This document shows positions 51,269-59,603 of a stretch of 64,000 nucleotides of DNA, one piece after another (position 1 is the first letter of the stretch; every line of letters starts with the position of its first letter). A program made the position numbers and the translations under genes. The notes under the pieces were generated by a model. That model had not been told where the DNA came from, did not search any database, and saw nothing but the letters and a program-made list of their open reading frames with translations. Origin of the DNA: a virus; the IMG/VR virus record IMGVR_UViG_3300040751_004835, positions 1 through 64,000 of that record; one strand, given 5' to 3'.

Positions 51269-52176
51269 GAAACGTGCTAAAATTTGGGGATTACGTTTCG
51301 TTATTTGAAGGCGGAGCGGCGATAAAAGAATCCAGAAGGATAAAGGAGAGTGAGGTTCCAAAAACTATGGAGTCTATCAAAGAAATCCTTTTCCCTTTGC
51401 TTGGTGGTGGTGAGGTAGACAAGGAATACCTTATCATTGGTAGCATCGGTAAGAAGAAAGATCAAAACGACACATCTGGAGATATTGACCTCGGAATAGA
51501 TAAAAAGTTTCTTTCGAAAAGATTAGGTGTTTCCGAGGATGATGTTCTTGGAGCTTTATATAAGAACCTTTCAGAGACACTACATAACAAACTTGGGTTT
51601 GTACCAGATATGAAATTAATGAGGGGAATCAACGTTCTTTCAATTGGCTGGCCTATAGAGGGTGATGCTGAAAATGGTATAGTTCAATTGGATCTAATTC
51701 CAATTTCTGATATGGACTGGGCTAAGTTTATTTTCTATTCCCCAGATTACAGAAAGAACGAAAGTAAATACAAATCAGCTCACAGAAACTGGCTTTTCCA
51801 AGCGATCCTTTCTTCTTTGAAGGAAGTGATATCTAAGGACGAGAATGACGAACTAGAAGATTTCTATTCTTATGCCCTAAGATTGAGCGACGGTATTTTC
51901 AAAAATAGAAAGTCCTTCAAAGGAGCTACAAAAAGACTCAAAAGTCCTAAAACAGTTAAAGGTGAAAGTACTTTGGTAACTAGGGATCCCGATGAGTTTG
52001 TTGAGATGATGTTTGGTAGCGGAATTAGAAAGGAAGATCTTAAATCTTTTGAGGATGCTTGGAAAATAGTTTCTTCACCAAACTTTGTCCATGCAGACAA
52101 GAAGGATGAGATCCGGGATGATCTAGAAAGGTACTTAATAAACGGAGGATTTGAAATCCCCACAGAGATCAAATAA
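51265..52176 (+). CDS. Pol-beta-superfamily nucleotidyltransferase
   Basis: IGSIGKK...SGDIDLGID (GS..DxD) with a third Asp in VQLDLI. Confidence 0.7.
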   Translation: MRNVLKFGDYVSLFEGGAAIKESRRIKESEVPKTMESIKEILFPLLGGGEVDKEYLIIGSIGKKKDQNDTSGDIDLGIDKKFLSKRLGVSEDDVLGALYKNLSETLHNKLGFVPDMKLMRGINVLSIGWPIEGDAENGIVQLDLIPISDMDWAKFIFYSPDYRKNESKYKSAHRNWLFQAILSSLKEVISKDENDELEDFYSYALRLSDGIFKNRKSFKGATKRLKSPKTVKGESTLVTRDPDEFVEMMFGSGIRKEDLKSFEDAWKIVSSPNFVHADKKDEIRDDLERYLINGGFEIPTEIK

Positions 52177-52628
52177 TGGAATTTACTCAAAGACATAATG
52201 ATTTAATCTACGGAGCACTTGAGGTTTTTCTGGAAAAGGATTCTCCATCACTTGTAGCTAGGGAAGAAGATGGACTTATTTCTTTTTCCACTGTACTTGG
52301 TTTAAGTGGTGTAATCGAAAAAGAAGAAGATGGCAGCGCTAATGTATTTCTTGAGGGACAAAAGTACTATGAGATTGAGAAAGAAGTTTTTCATCTAATA
52401 GAGAATAGAAACGAAGCCCCCGAAGTTGAATCTTTATTGGAAGAGTTGGCTATAATACATCAGATGGAATTACAAGAAAGATCGAAAATTCTTATAGAAA
52501 CGATCATAAGAGGTTTAGCAAAACTTATAGCGGACCAAAAAGTAACTGTTGGAGTTGATATTCAACTTGGGCCTGTACTTATCAAGAACACAGATGACAT
52601 GGGGAACGTAAAAATTCTATTGAACTAA
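52176..52628 (+). CDS. Hypothetical acidic protein
   Basis: 150-aa ORF translationally coupled (TAATG) to the NTase. Confidence 0.5.
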   Translation: MEFTQRHNDLIYGALEVFLEKDSPSLVAREEDGLISFSTVLGLSGVIEKEEDGSANVFLEGQKYYEIEKEVFHLIENRNEAPEVESLLEELAIIHQMELQERSKILIETIIRGLAKLIADQKVTVGVDIQLGPVLIKNTDDMGNVKILLN

Positions 52629-52632
52629 GAGG

Positions 52633-54546
52633 ATGGCGGGAATAAATCACTTATACGACATTTATAATAAGAAGGGATCTGATTTTGTTAATCAGCTTTT
52701 TAATCGTTATGTAACAATTAACGAAAAGATGGACGGTTCAGCCTTCTCTTTTGAGAGGGATAAGGAATCTGGTAATTTCCGTTTTTATAGGAGAGACCAA
52801 AGAAATCCTATAACTCTAGTAGATAGGACGCTCATGAAATATTATGAGAAGCCAATCCAGTATATCGAATCTCTTCCACCAAACATACTTGAAAAAATCC
52901 CCAGAGGATGGAGATTTGGACTTGAGTATTTTTCAAACACCAAACCCGTAGAGATTTCATATGATAGATTACCAAAGAATAATCTGATTCTCTCCTATAT
53001 CCACAAAATGGGTACTGGCGGTAAGATAGAAAGTACTATACAGGATAAGGAAGAATTGGATAATTGGGCAGATCTGATTGGAGTTGAAAGACCGCCAATC
53101 GTTTTCCAGGGGGTGTTGGACGAAGATCAGAAATCTGAGCTTATGGAGTTTTTGAACACGCCGTTCAAAGATCTTGTTGAAAGGTTCAAAACACAATCTT
53201 TTGTTAGGTTTGTTATTAAGACCTTAAACCCGGATTTAACTAAAACTGCTCTTAACGACGACCTAGATAAGGATGTCGAGGGTATAGTTTTTAGATTTGG
53301 AGAGCTCGATGGAGATAGTGATACTATATTAGCCAAAATGGTGGATCCTATATTCACTGAAATAGCTAAGCAAAAGTTTGCTGACAAAAAGAGTAAAAAG
53401 CCTTCGGATTTTCTTGGAATCACATTGCTTGATGTGATGAATTTCATTTTGGAAAAAGATCTTTCTGAATTTGAAGTTGAAGGTGAGTCTGAAGACGAGA
53501 GATACATTTCCTTTATGGGAGACGTATTTGTTAAATTCCTGGATGAATATGAGGAGAAGTATAAGGGTACTGATTTTGAGGAACCTGATTACTTGAAACG
53601 GGATGAATTCAGACTGAATAAGGAAAAGATTAAAGACAGAAGAGTTCTTAAATATGTTGAGAAGGATGACTCATTTGAGTCTTTATTTAAACTCATCCTT
53701 AATTCCTTTAGAAAGATAAAAACTAGAGCTGGAGGTATCATCACCTCTGGGATGAAAGATCAGATGAATCTTTTAATCAAGGATATCAAGGATTATATTA
53801 AAAAACCAGAGAAGAAAGTAAACGAATCAAGGTTTATTAGCTTTGGTGAATTCAGAAAGGAAAACTCTCCTTCGGTTGAATATCTACAGGAGGAAGACGA
53901 TTCAGATTCAAGTGATGATCCATTCTTCTCATACCAAGAATTTATTAGCAAACTAGAAACCATTGATAACGAGGAGATCCCGGCTGAGGTAGAAATGCTC
54001 AAGGAGAAAGATACGGAGGAAAGAAAACCAGTTAATGTCATAATGGGTAGATTCCAGCCTTTCCACCAGGGACATCTTAAGATGGCGAAGGATCTCATGG
54101 AGAAAAACGATCTCCCATCTTTTGTTGTTGTGGTTTATCCTGGACACAACAAGTCTGGAAAATCCCCATTTGATGAGGAGGCAATCAAAAGATATATGGA
54201 TGCAATAGTTGCTAATAACGAGGAGATTGAAGGATATGTCCTTGCTACAAGAGGTCTTCTTGGGTCTGCTATTGCAAGACTAATAGACATGGGATATGAC
54301 CCTAAGTTAATTGGTGCAGGCCCCGATCGAATAGACGACTACACTAAGCAGATAGACTATGTTAAGATGTCTGATATTAAGGACAAAATAAGTGATGACC
54401 TTGGTATTGTAGAAACACCAAGGGTAACGAGCGGTACTGAGGTTAGACAAGCTATGAAGGACCAAGACTTTTCTAAGTTCAAAAAGATGGTTCCAAAAGA
54501 GGTATCTAATCTTTACAACGACCTTATTACAAGCGTCAGGGACTGA
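52633..54546 (+). CDS. Fusion: RNA-ligase-like adenylyltransferase domain + HIGH-type cytidylyltransferase/NMNAT-like domain
   Basis: N-terminal EKMDGS (motif I), GLEYF (III), EGIVFR (IV) and AKMV (V). C-terminal GRFQPFHQGH, GAGPDR and SGTEVR. Confidence 0.75.
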   Translation: MAGINHLYDIYNKKGSDFVNQLFNRYVTINEKMDGSAFSFERDKESGNFRFYRRDQRNPITLVDRTLMKYYEKPIQYIESLPPNILEKIPRGWRFGLEYFSNTKPVEISYDRLPKNNLILSYIHKMGTGGKIESTIQDKEELDNWADLIGVERPPIVFQGVLDEDQKSELMEFLNTPFKDLVERFKTQSFVRFVIKTLNPDLTKTALNDDLDKDVEGIVFRFGELDGDSDTILAKMVDPIFTEIAKQKFADKKSKKPSDFLGITLLDVMNFILEKDLSEFEVEGESEDERYISFMGDVFVKFLDEYEEKYKGTDFEEPDYLKRDEFRLNKEKIKDRRVLKYVEKDDSFESLFKLILNSFRKIKTRAGGIITSGMKDQMNLLIKDIKDYIKKPEKKVNESRFISFGEFRKENSPSVEYLQEEDDSDSSDDPFFSYQEFISKLETIDNEEIPAEVEMLKEKDTEERKPVNVIMGRFQPFHQGHLKMAKDLMEKNDLPSFVVVVYPGHNKSGKSPFDEEAIKRYMDAIVANNEEIEGYVLATRGLLGSAIARLIDMGYDPKLIGAGPDRIDDYTKQIDYVKMSDIKDKISDDLGIVETPRVTSGTEVRQAMKDQDFSKFKKMVPKEVSNLYNDLITSVRD

Positions 54547-54571
54547 TATATAAAAAAATATAAATAAACCA

Positions 54572-55111
54572 GTGGAAAAAAGAATACAGAATTTCTCAGA
54601 CTTCCTAAAATCTAGCTCTGTCAACGAAGGAGATGGGTTTGGAACCTTCCCTTTTTTGCTAGTGAAGGATGGTGATATTTATAACTACCTTTTTCAATTA
54701 GAACTTGAGAATGGATCCCAAAAAGGATTTATGCTGGTAGTTGGTAAATATTCACAGTATGAGACAATGGAGGGACCTAAAAATTCCTATGCAATTCTCA
54801 ATGTAAATGAGATTGCCCCTGAAATCATAGAGGACATTGCTATTAAGAAATCAGAGATTCCTGACCTGAACGATGTTAAGTTCACTCTTAAAGATAACGA
54901 TTTAAGCAGATTCTTGGAGCAGGTATCCAAAGCTTTACTAAATTATCTTGAGAAAAATCCAAAAGTAATTCGTATATTTGACGAAATGCAGGATAATATG
55001 GATATTGAAAACTATGAAGAGATGGTAAAATCCGTTTTGCTTTCTTTCTTAGGGCCAGAATGGTCTATGCAAGAAGGATCCCACAAGGGAACGTTCATAA
55101 TCAGTAGATAA
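54572..55111 (+). CDS. Probable internal head protein
   Basis: IQNFSDFLKSSSVNE^G motif; GATATATA at 54545-54552 and TATAAATA at 54559-54566. Confidence 0.5.
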   Translation: MEKRIQNFSDFLKSSSVNEGDGFGTFPFLLVKDGDIYNYLFQLELENGSQKGFMLVVGKYSQYETMEGPKNSYAILNVNEIAPEIIEDIAIKKSEIPDLNDVKFTLKDNDLSRFLEQVSKALLNYLEKNPKVIRIFDEMQDNMDIENYEEMVKSVLLSFLGPEWSMQEGSHKGTFIISR

Positions 55112-55142
55112 CCTAAATCGAAACATTTACTTTTAACAATTA

Positions 55143-55150
55143 TATAAATA
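55143..55150 (+). promoter_or_regulatory. T4-type late promoter TATAAATA
   Basis: Exact T4 late consensus 18 nt upstream of the ATG at 55169. Confidence 0.55.
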
Positions 55151-55168
55151 AGGAAAATTTAAACAATT

Positions 55169-55345
55169 ATGGAAAATTTCGATCGAATCAAAGAAGTTAT
55201 GGAAGCTGCAGAAGCTGACGTAGCAAAGTTTGTTGAAAAAGGCAATAAGGCAGCTGGAACAAGAGTTCGCCAAGCCATGCAAGAAGTTAAGAAGCTTGCT
55301 CAACAAGTAAGGTTGGATGTTCAAGAGGCAAAGAACAACGCTTAA
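55169..55345 (+). CDS. Histone H1-like (Hc1-family) small DNA-binding protein, 58 aa, missing from the ORF track
   Basis: Manual translation: MENFDRIKEVMEAAEADVAKFVEKGNKAAGTRVRQAMQEVKKLAQQVRLDVQEAKNNA*. KGNKAAGTRVR is the Hc1-family signature. Confidence 0.85.
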   Translation: MENFDRIKEVMEAAEADVAKFVEKGNKAAGTRVRQAMQEVKKLAQQVRLDVQEAKNNA

Positions 55346-55369
55346 GAAACCAAACTACAAACAGATATT

Positions 55370-55393
55370 AGGCAGCCCTTTCGGCTGCCTTTT
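55370..55393 (+). terminator. Intrinsic terminator
   Basis: aggcagcc-ctttc-ggctgcct hairpin plus a T-run. Confidence 0.8.
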
Positions 55394-55455
55394 CTGTGTA
55401 GATCAGAATGGAATAAAACCGTCCAATCGATATATAAGAAGTAAATTTTATACAC

Positions 55456-55662
55456 ATGGGATATTACGTAGCAAAAGTTAGCTTTGAATCAACTGAAACC
55501 AAAAGAAATGGTGATCCAGTAATTCACAGATCTGAATTTCTAGTTGCAGCTGAGTCTGTGATTGAAGTTGAAACAAAAGTAGCAGAGTTCCTACAGGGAA
55601 CCACTGGATTCTTTGAAACCACACAGATTTCAAAATCCAAAATTGAAGCAGTTATAGAATAA
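55456..55662 (+). CDS. DUF4494-like small protein
   Basis: YYVAKVSF..NG....EFLVAAESVIEVE..F....ISKSKIEAV resembles Bacteroidota DUF4494; GATATATA at 55429-55436. Confidence 0.55.
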   Translation: MGYYVAKVSFESTETKRNGDPVIHRSEFLVAAESVIEVETKVAEFLQGTTGFFETTQISKSKIEAVIE

Positions 55663-56198
55663 TGGCAAATACCGGCAGTTACATTCCCCCACAATCACCC
55701 ATTGCTATCCAACCAGGAGACAAGGGATTTGAAATAGTTGGGAAGGGTTACAATAGATGGCTTTGGACATTCCCGGATTGGAAGAAGGGAAAGAAGAAGA
55801 TCATTAATCCTGCAGCCAACTGGGAATTGAATGCCAAGCCAATGAGTCCTGCGGAAATTAAAAAAAAGATGAAGGGACTTTACTTGCAAGAGGATTCTGA
55901 TGAAAGAATCGAAGGTGGTATTTCTTCTGGGAAGAATTTGAGGGATATTGCCATTATGCATACCTACGATGATTCTATGGACCACGTAGATCGTGATGCT
56001 ATCGAAAAAATGCTATCACATCTGGAGAAACAACTTCAAATGGGAATTGAGGTAGAAATGGAGCACACTGACGATAGAGACTTAGCTGCTGAAATAGCTA
56101 AAGATCACTTGGTTGAGGACCCAGATTACTACACAAAGCTTCAAAAAGTCGAGGAGGGGATGAGAATTATCATACCATTCGAAAAATATAAGATTTAG
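55662..56198 (+). CDS. DUF5661-like protein
   Basis: QLQMGIEVEMEHT..AAEIAKDHLVEDPDYYTKL. Confidence 0.65.
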   Translation: MANTGSYIPPQSPIAIQPGDKGFEIVGKGYNRWLWTFPDWKKGKKKIINPAANWELNAKPMSPAEIKKKMKGLYLQEDSDERIEGGISSGKNLRDIAIMHTYDDSMDHVDRDAIEKMLSHLEKQLQMGIEVEMEHTDDRDLAAEIAKDHLVEDPDYYTKLQKVEEGMRIIIPFEKYKI

Positions 56199-56199
56199 C

Positions 56200-56637
56200 A
56201 TGCCATCAGTAAGTAAATCACAACAAGCAATTATGGGCCAAGCGTGGGCTCTAAGACAAAACGAGCTAAAGCTCAAGGACATCAATGCTAAATACAGAAA
56301 GGAGATTGAAAAGATTGCCTTTGGATATAAAGACAAAGATGGTAAGTTCATTGCACCTATGACTGACAAGGATCTCAAAAAGTTTGCAAAAACAAAATCT
56401 AAGGATTTACCAGAAAACGTTAAAGACGGGAAGCCTGTTAATGAAGGTGGATCCTCCCTTGGAGTTATCGATTCTAAAGATATGCCTTCTTTTACTCCTA
56501 AGATGAATTTTGGTGATGGAATCAAACCTATAATTCCCTATCTTAATCCAGATGCTAAGAAAGATAAAGCAGGCAAAAGGAACCTTGAGAATCTTAAGGA
56601 TTATAGGGACTGGATAAAGGAAAGAAAGAAGGGATGA
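56200..56637 (+). CDS. Basic hypothetical protein (DUF3008-like N-terminus)
   Basis: MPSVSKSQQAIMG..MTDKDLKKFAKTKSKDLPE. Confidence 0.55.
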   Translation: MPSVSKSQQAIMGQAWALRQNELKLKDINAKYRKEIEKIAFGYKDKDGKFIAPMTDKDLKKFAKTKSKDLPENVKDGKPVNEGGSSLGVIDSKDMPSFTPKMNFGDGIKPIIPYLNPDAKKDKAGKRNLENLKDYRDWIKERKKG

Positions 56638-57044
56638 TAAATCTTTTTGAATTTGATAAGTATGATCCTAAATCTGAGTATCTTGAGGATGAGAGGAGAA
56701 GCATAGATCTTGATAAGATAAGGAAGTCTGATGCATACAGAGATATCATAGATCTTGGTTTTTCTGACGAGACCTCTGAGCAACAAGAACTGAATAACAC
56801 CCTCAAATTCAAAAGAAAAAAGCAACCCGAGGTAAAAGGGTATGACGAGGTATTTTATACCATACACCCGACGGGAGTGGTTCGTAGATACAATCCAATT
56901 AAATCGGATGAAACCCCAGAGGGTCAAGGAAACACTATTAGGACTTATCCATCCCCGTTCAGGAATGGCAAAGAATATAAAAAGGCACTGAGGTACCTGT
57001 TTAATTATTTGCGGAGGAAGGAATTAAGAAAGGACTATAGATAA
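56634..57044 (+). CDS. Hypothetical protein
   Basis: ATGA overlap with the upstream gene; starts MINLFEFDKY. Confidence 0.5.
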   Translation: MINLFEFDKYDPKSEYLEDERRSIDLDKIRKSDAYRDIIDLGFSDETSEQQELNNTLKFKRKKQPEVKGYDEVFYTIHPTGVVRRYNPIKSDETPEGQGNTIRTYPSPFRNGKEYKKALRYLFNYLRRKELRKDYR

Positions 57045-57071
57045 ATATAGAAACAATTTAAAGAACATAAA

Positions 57072-57299
57072 ATGGGATGTGGATGTAATAAGGGATCAAG
57101 AACTACGACAACAACTCAAACTACCAAGCAGTATGATGATTTGTCAGGAAAGCTTATACTTGATACCAGCGGTAACAAATTGCTTGTGATTTCTCCAATA
57201 TATGATGCTTACAAAGATATTGTTGGGTATACAGCTAAAGACGAGCAAGGTAATTCTCTTAGAATATTTGCCAAGAATGTTCAAAAAATATTAGATTAA
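57072..57299 (+). CDS. Small protein with MGCGC N-terminus
   Basis: 75-aa ORF preceded by GATAAATA (57040-57047). Confidence 0.55.
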   Translation: MGCGCNKGSRTTTTTQTTKQYDDLSGKLILDTSGNKLLVISPIYDAYKDIVGYTAKDEQGNSLRIFAKNVQKILD

Positions 57300-57301
57300 A
57301 A

Positions 57302-57793
57302 ATGGATTCAATGTATTATCCAACTGGAAATTCTACTAACGGACGAACTTTAGTTTGTTTGTGCTGTGAGGACGTTCCCGTAATGGAAGACCAAGAAACT
57401 CCAGATGCTATGGAACTTAAAATCAAGGAATGGTTGGACGAAAACGACTATTGTGTTGAAAAATGGCAAATGGACGAAGAAATGAAAAATTGTGGATGTG
57501 AAGGGTATGAGCTCCAAGAAATGGATGGAGGAGCACCTGCACCAGCTGGAGACGGCGGTGGAGCATTCGCTACTCTAGGCACTACTCAGGGAATGGGAAA
57601 TGTTGAAGCCCCTTCGTCAGGTGGTACCAATGCAGATTTTTATAACGGAGCGGTTGGATCTGGAGATAAGTTTCCTTCTCTTACTGTAGGAACCCCAGCA
57701 GCAAAAGGAGCTGGTAAAAAGAAGAAAAAGAAAGACCGTGTTATTAAAAGCTTTGATGATTTCAAGGAGATGATGAAGTCTTTGCAGAAATAA
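57302..57793 (+). CDS. Hypothetical Cys/Gly-rich protein
   Basis: 163-aa ORF with CLCC and CGC motifs, a Gly-rich middle, and a KKKKKK..IKSFDDF tail. Confidence 0.5.
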   Translation: MDSMYYPTGNSTNGRTLVCLCCEDVPVMEDQETPDAMELKIKEWLDENDYCVEKWQMDEEMKNCGCEGYELQEMDGGAPAPAGDGGGAFATLGTTQGMGNVEAPSSGGTNADFYNGAVGSGDKFPSLTVGTPAAKGAGKKKKKKDRVIKSFDDFKEMMKSLQK

Positions 57794-57816
57794 GACGAAA
57801 AGTCATATGAGATTGC

Positions 57817-57843
57817 TAAAAGGTGCCAAAAAGGCACCTTTTT
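57817..57843 (+). terminator. Inverted repeat (terminator and/or operator) upstream of hsp20
   Basis: aaaaggtgcc-aaaaa-ggcacctttt perfect stem plus a T-tract. Confidence 0.65.
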
Positions 57844-57899
57844 CTTTGTTTTTTAGTATTGGAATAGGATTTGAACTATTGGTAGTAAAAAAACAAACT

Positions 57900-58256
57900 A
57901 TGAACAGAACAACTATCTACAGTCCTTTGGAAATGATGGAAAAGATTTTCGACAACACCAATCCGGTTATTCAAAGCCGCAATTACTTTGTTGATGAAAA
58001 GGATAGCGAGTATGTTTTAGAAATACCTGTTTCTGGGTTTTCTAAAAATGATATTTCGGTTGACGTTGAGGGAAATTTCTTAGTTATCACTGGTGAGGAT
58101 AACGAGTCGTATTGGACGGACGATTTTACAAGGAAGTTCAAGCTACCTAATGAAGCGGATGCTGATTCTATTAAAGCAAAAATTGAGGATGGTGTTTTAA
58201 AGGTTGCTATAGGTAAAAAGAAAGAATCCATGCCTAAGAAAATTAAAATCGCTTAA
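57900..58256 (+). CDS. Small heat-shock protein (Hsp20/alpha-crystallin)
   Basis: YVLEIPVSGFSKNDISVDVEGNFLVITGE..FTRKFKLP..IKAKIEDGVLKV. The true start is likely the ATG at 57900. Confidence 0.9.
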   Translation: MNRTTIYSPLEMMEKIFDNTNPVIQSRNYFVDEKDSEYVLEIPVSGFSKNDISVDVEGNFLVITGEDNESYWTDDFTRKFKLPNEADADSIKAKIEDGVLKVAIGKKKESMPKKIKIA

Positions 58257-58306
58257 TACCGAAATTTTTCTTACGTTTAGAAATAATAAAGCTCGATCAC
58301 TAAAGA

Positions 58307-58534
58307 TTGAGCTTTATTATTATGTCGAGGGAAAAAGAAATATTTGAAAGATTCGCTAGAGAGATTGCACAGGAAATCCTGGAGAAGGAAAAGAATCCAG
58401 ATTACCAAATTATACTTGACCGTAGATCTGTAATAGATAAGCTTTCATCTATCATGGGTAAGGGTTATTCAGAAACAGCATCAGAGTTCGACAATAAGAT
58501 AAATGCATACCTCAAAAAGCTAAGGAATAGATAA
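58307..58534 (+). CDS. Hypothetical protein
   Basis: Short ORF coupled (TAATG) to the glycosylase. Confidence 0.45.
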   Translation: MSFIIMSREKEIFERFAREIAQEILEKEKNPDYQIILDRRSVIDKLSSIMGKGYSETASEFDNKINAYLKKLRNR

Positions 58535-58923
58535 TGGAAAGGCTGATTCAGGAAGACTATGTAGATAATCCATGGAAGATGACCGTGATCTGCATCCTCT
58601 TGAATCAAACAACCAATCAGCAAGTTAGAAAAATACTTAACCCTCTCTTTGATTTAATTGAATCTCCGGAGAAATGCTCTTCTCTAGATGTTAGCGAAAT
58701 CTATCCCATTATAAGAGGAACTGGTTTTGGGAATGTAAAAGCTAAAAGAATAGTCTCGATGAGCCAAAAGTGGATCGGGGGGTTTAAAAGCGTAGAAGAT
58801 TTGCCTGGGATTGGAAAATATGGTAAAGAATCCTGGGATATTTTTGTAAATCGCAAAACTGATTTTGTGCCCACTGATAAAAAGCTTAGGATGTATTTAG
58901 AGTCCCTTAATCACCTTGACTAA
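58534..58923 (+). CDS. Minimal HhH-GPD DNA glycosylase, MBD4-like
   Basis: LIQE..DNPWK....ILLNQT, HhH motif LPGIGKYG, and PTDKKL with the catalytic Asp. Confidence 0.75.
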   Translation: MERLIQEDYVDNPWKMTVICILLNQTTNQQVRKILNPLFDLIESPEKCSSLDVSEIYPIIRGTGFGNVKAKRIVSMSQKWIGGFKSVEDLPGIGKYGKESWDIFVNRKTDFVPTDKKLRMYLESLNHLD

Positions 58924-59592
58924 ATCTGGGTGTGGAGGACAGCTAAGTCTATCGATCCTTACATTGCTATGAGACCAAAGACCCTGTCCACCCATAAGTG
59001 CTTCTTCGGATAATTCAAATCCCCCGTAAACCCCAAATTTCTCGATTTCTTTTTTCAGCCCTCTTTTAAGGTTAATCTCATATTTTTCACTTAGCTCTAA
59101 TATAAGAGATTTAATGGATTTAATCTGAGCATCTGAGTAGCTGTGGAAATACCTTGTTCCCCTAAATGGTGATTCTAATTCGGTAACCTGGTTTTTGTTA
59201 ACCTTTATTTGTGTAGAAGTGTAGAAATCTCCATTTTCTGTTTTGGTCAGAGGACCGTAGTTGCAAATATCTATTCCTATGCTCTTTTGGTTTAGAAATG
59301 TATTATTCTTTGCTTTGATGAATAGATGGTGTGACCACATTGTTTCATCAAATGCTCTATAGATGACACCATCATATTTTTTGTCTCCTTTGCCGTCTGG
59401 TGATTGCCCACCGATAACAAAAGCGCTGGATGATCTAATTTTATTGGTTGAGTTTTTTCTATCCCTTCCCCAAGATTCTATTAACCAGTCGGGTCTGTAG
59501 TGACCACTGGAATCTCTTAGAAATATTGAATCCTTAGGGTGTGGTTGTTGATAGTATGCACTTTCAGAAAGTGGATAGTCAATATAGTCCAA
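58897..59592 (-). CDS. N-acetylmuramoyl-L-alanine amidase-like protein (Amidase_2), catalytic residues degenerate
   Basis: LNQKSIGIDICNYG, YSDAQIKS, GLWSHSNVR..PHP; the expected LHHT motif reads LRDS. Confidence 0.65.
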   Translation of the reverse strand: MDYIDYPLSESAYYQQPHPKDSIFLRDSSGHYRPDWLIESWGRDRKNSTNKIRSSSAFVIGGQSPDGKGDKKYDGVIYRAFDETMWSHHLFIKAKNNTFLNQKSIGIDICNYGPLTKTENGDFYTSTQIKVNKNQVTELESPFRGTRYFHSYSDAQIKSIKSLILELSEKYEINLKRGLKKEIEKFGVYGGFELSEEALMGGQGLWSHSNVRIDRLSCPPHPDLVKVIKGL

Positions 59593-59603
59593 TTCTCTGA
59601 TAT

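Noticed and set aside
55133-55324. Minus-strand 63-aa ORF
   Set aside because: It is the antisense shadow of the real plus-strand Hc1-like gene at 55169-55345.
57807-57899. N-terminal extension of Hsp20 given by the ORF track
   Set aside because: It runs through a hairpin/T-tract and promoter-like DNA; the ATG at 57900 has the A-rich leader typical of this genome.
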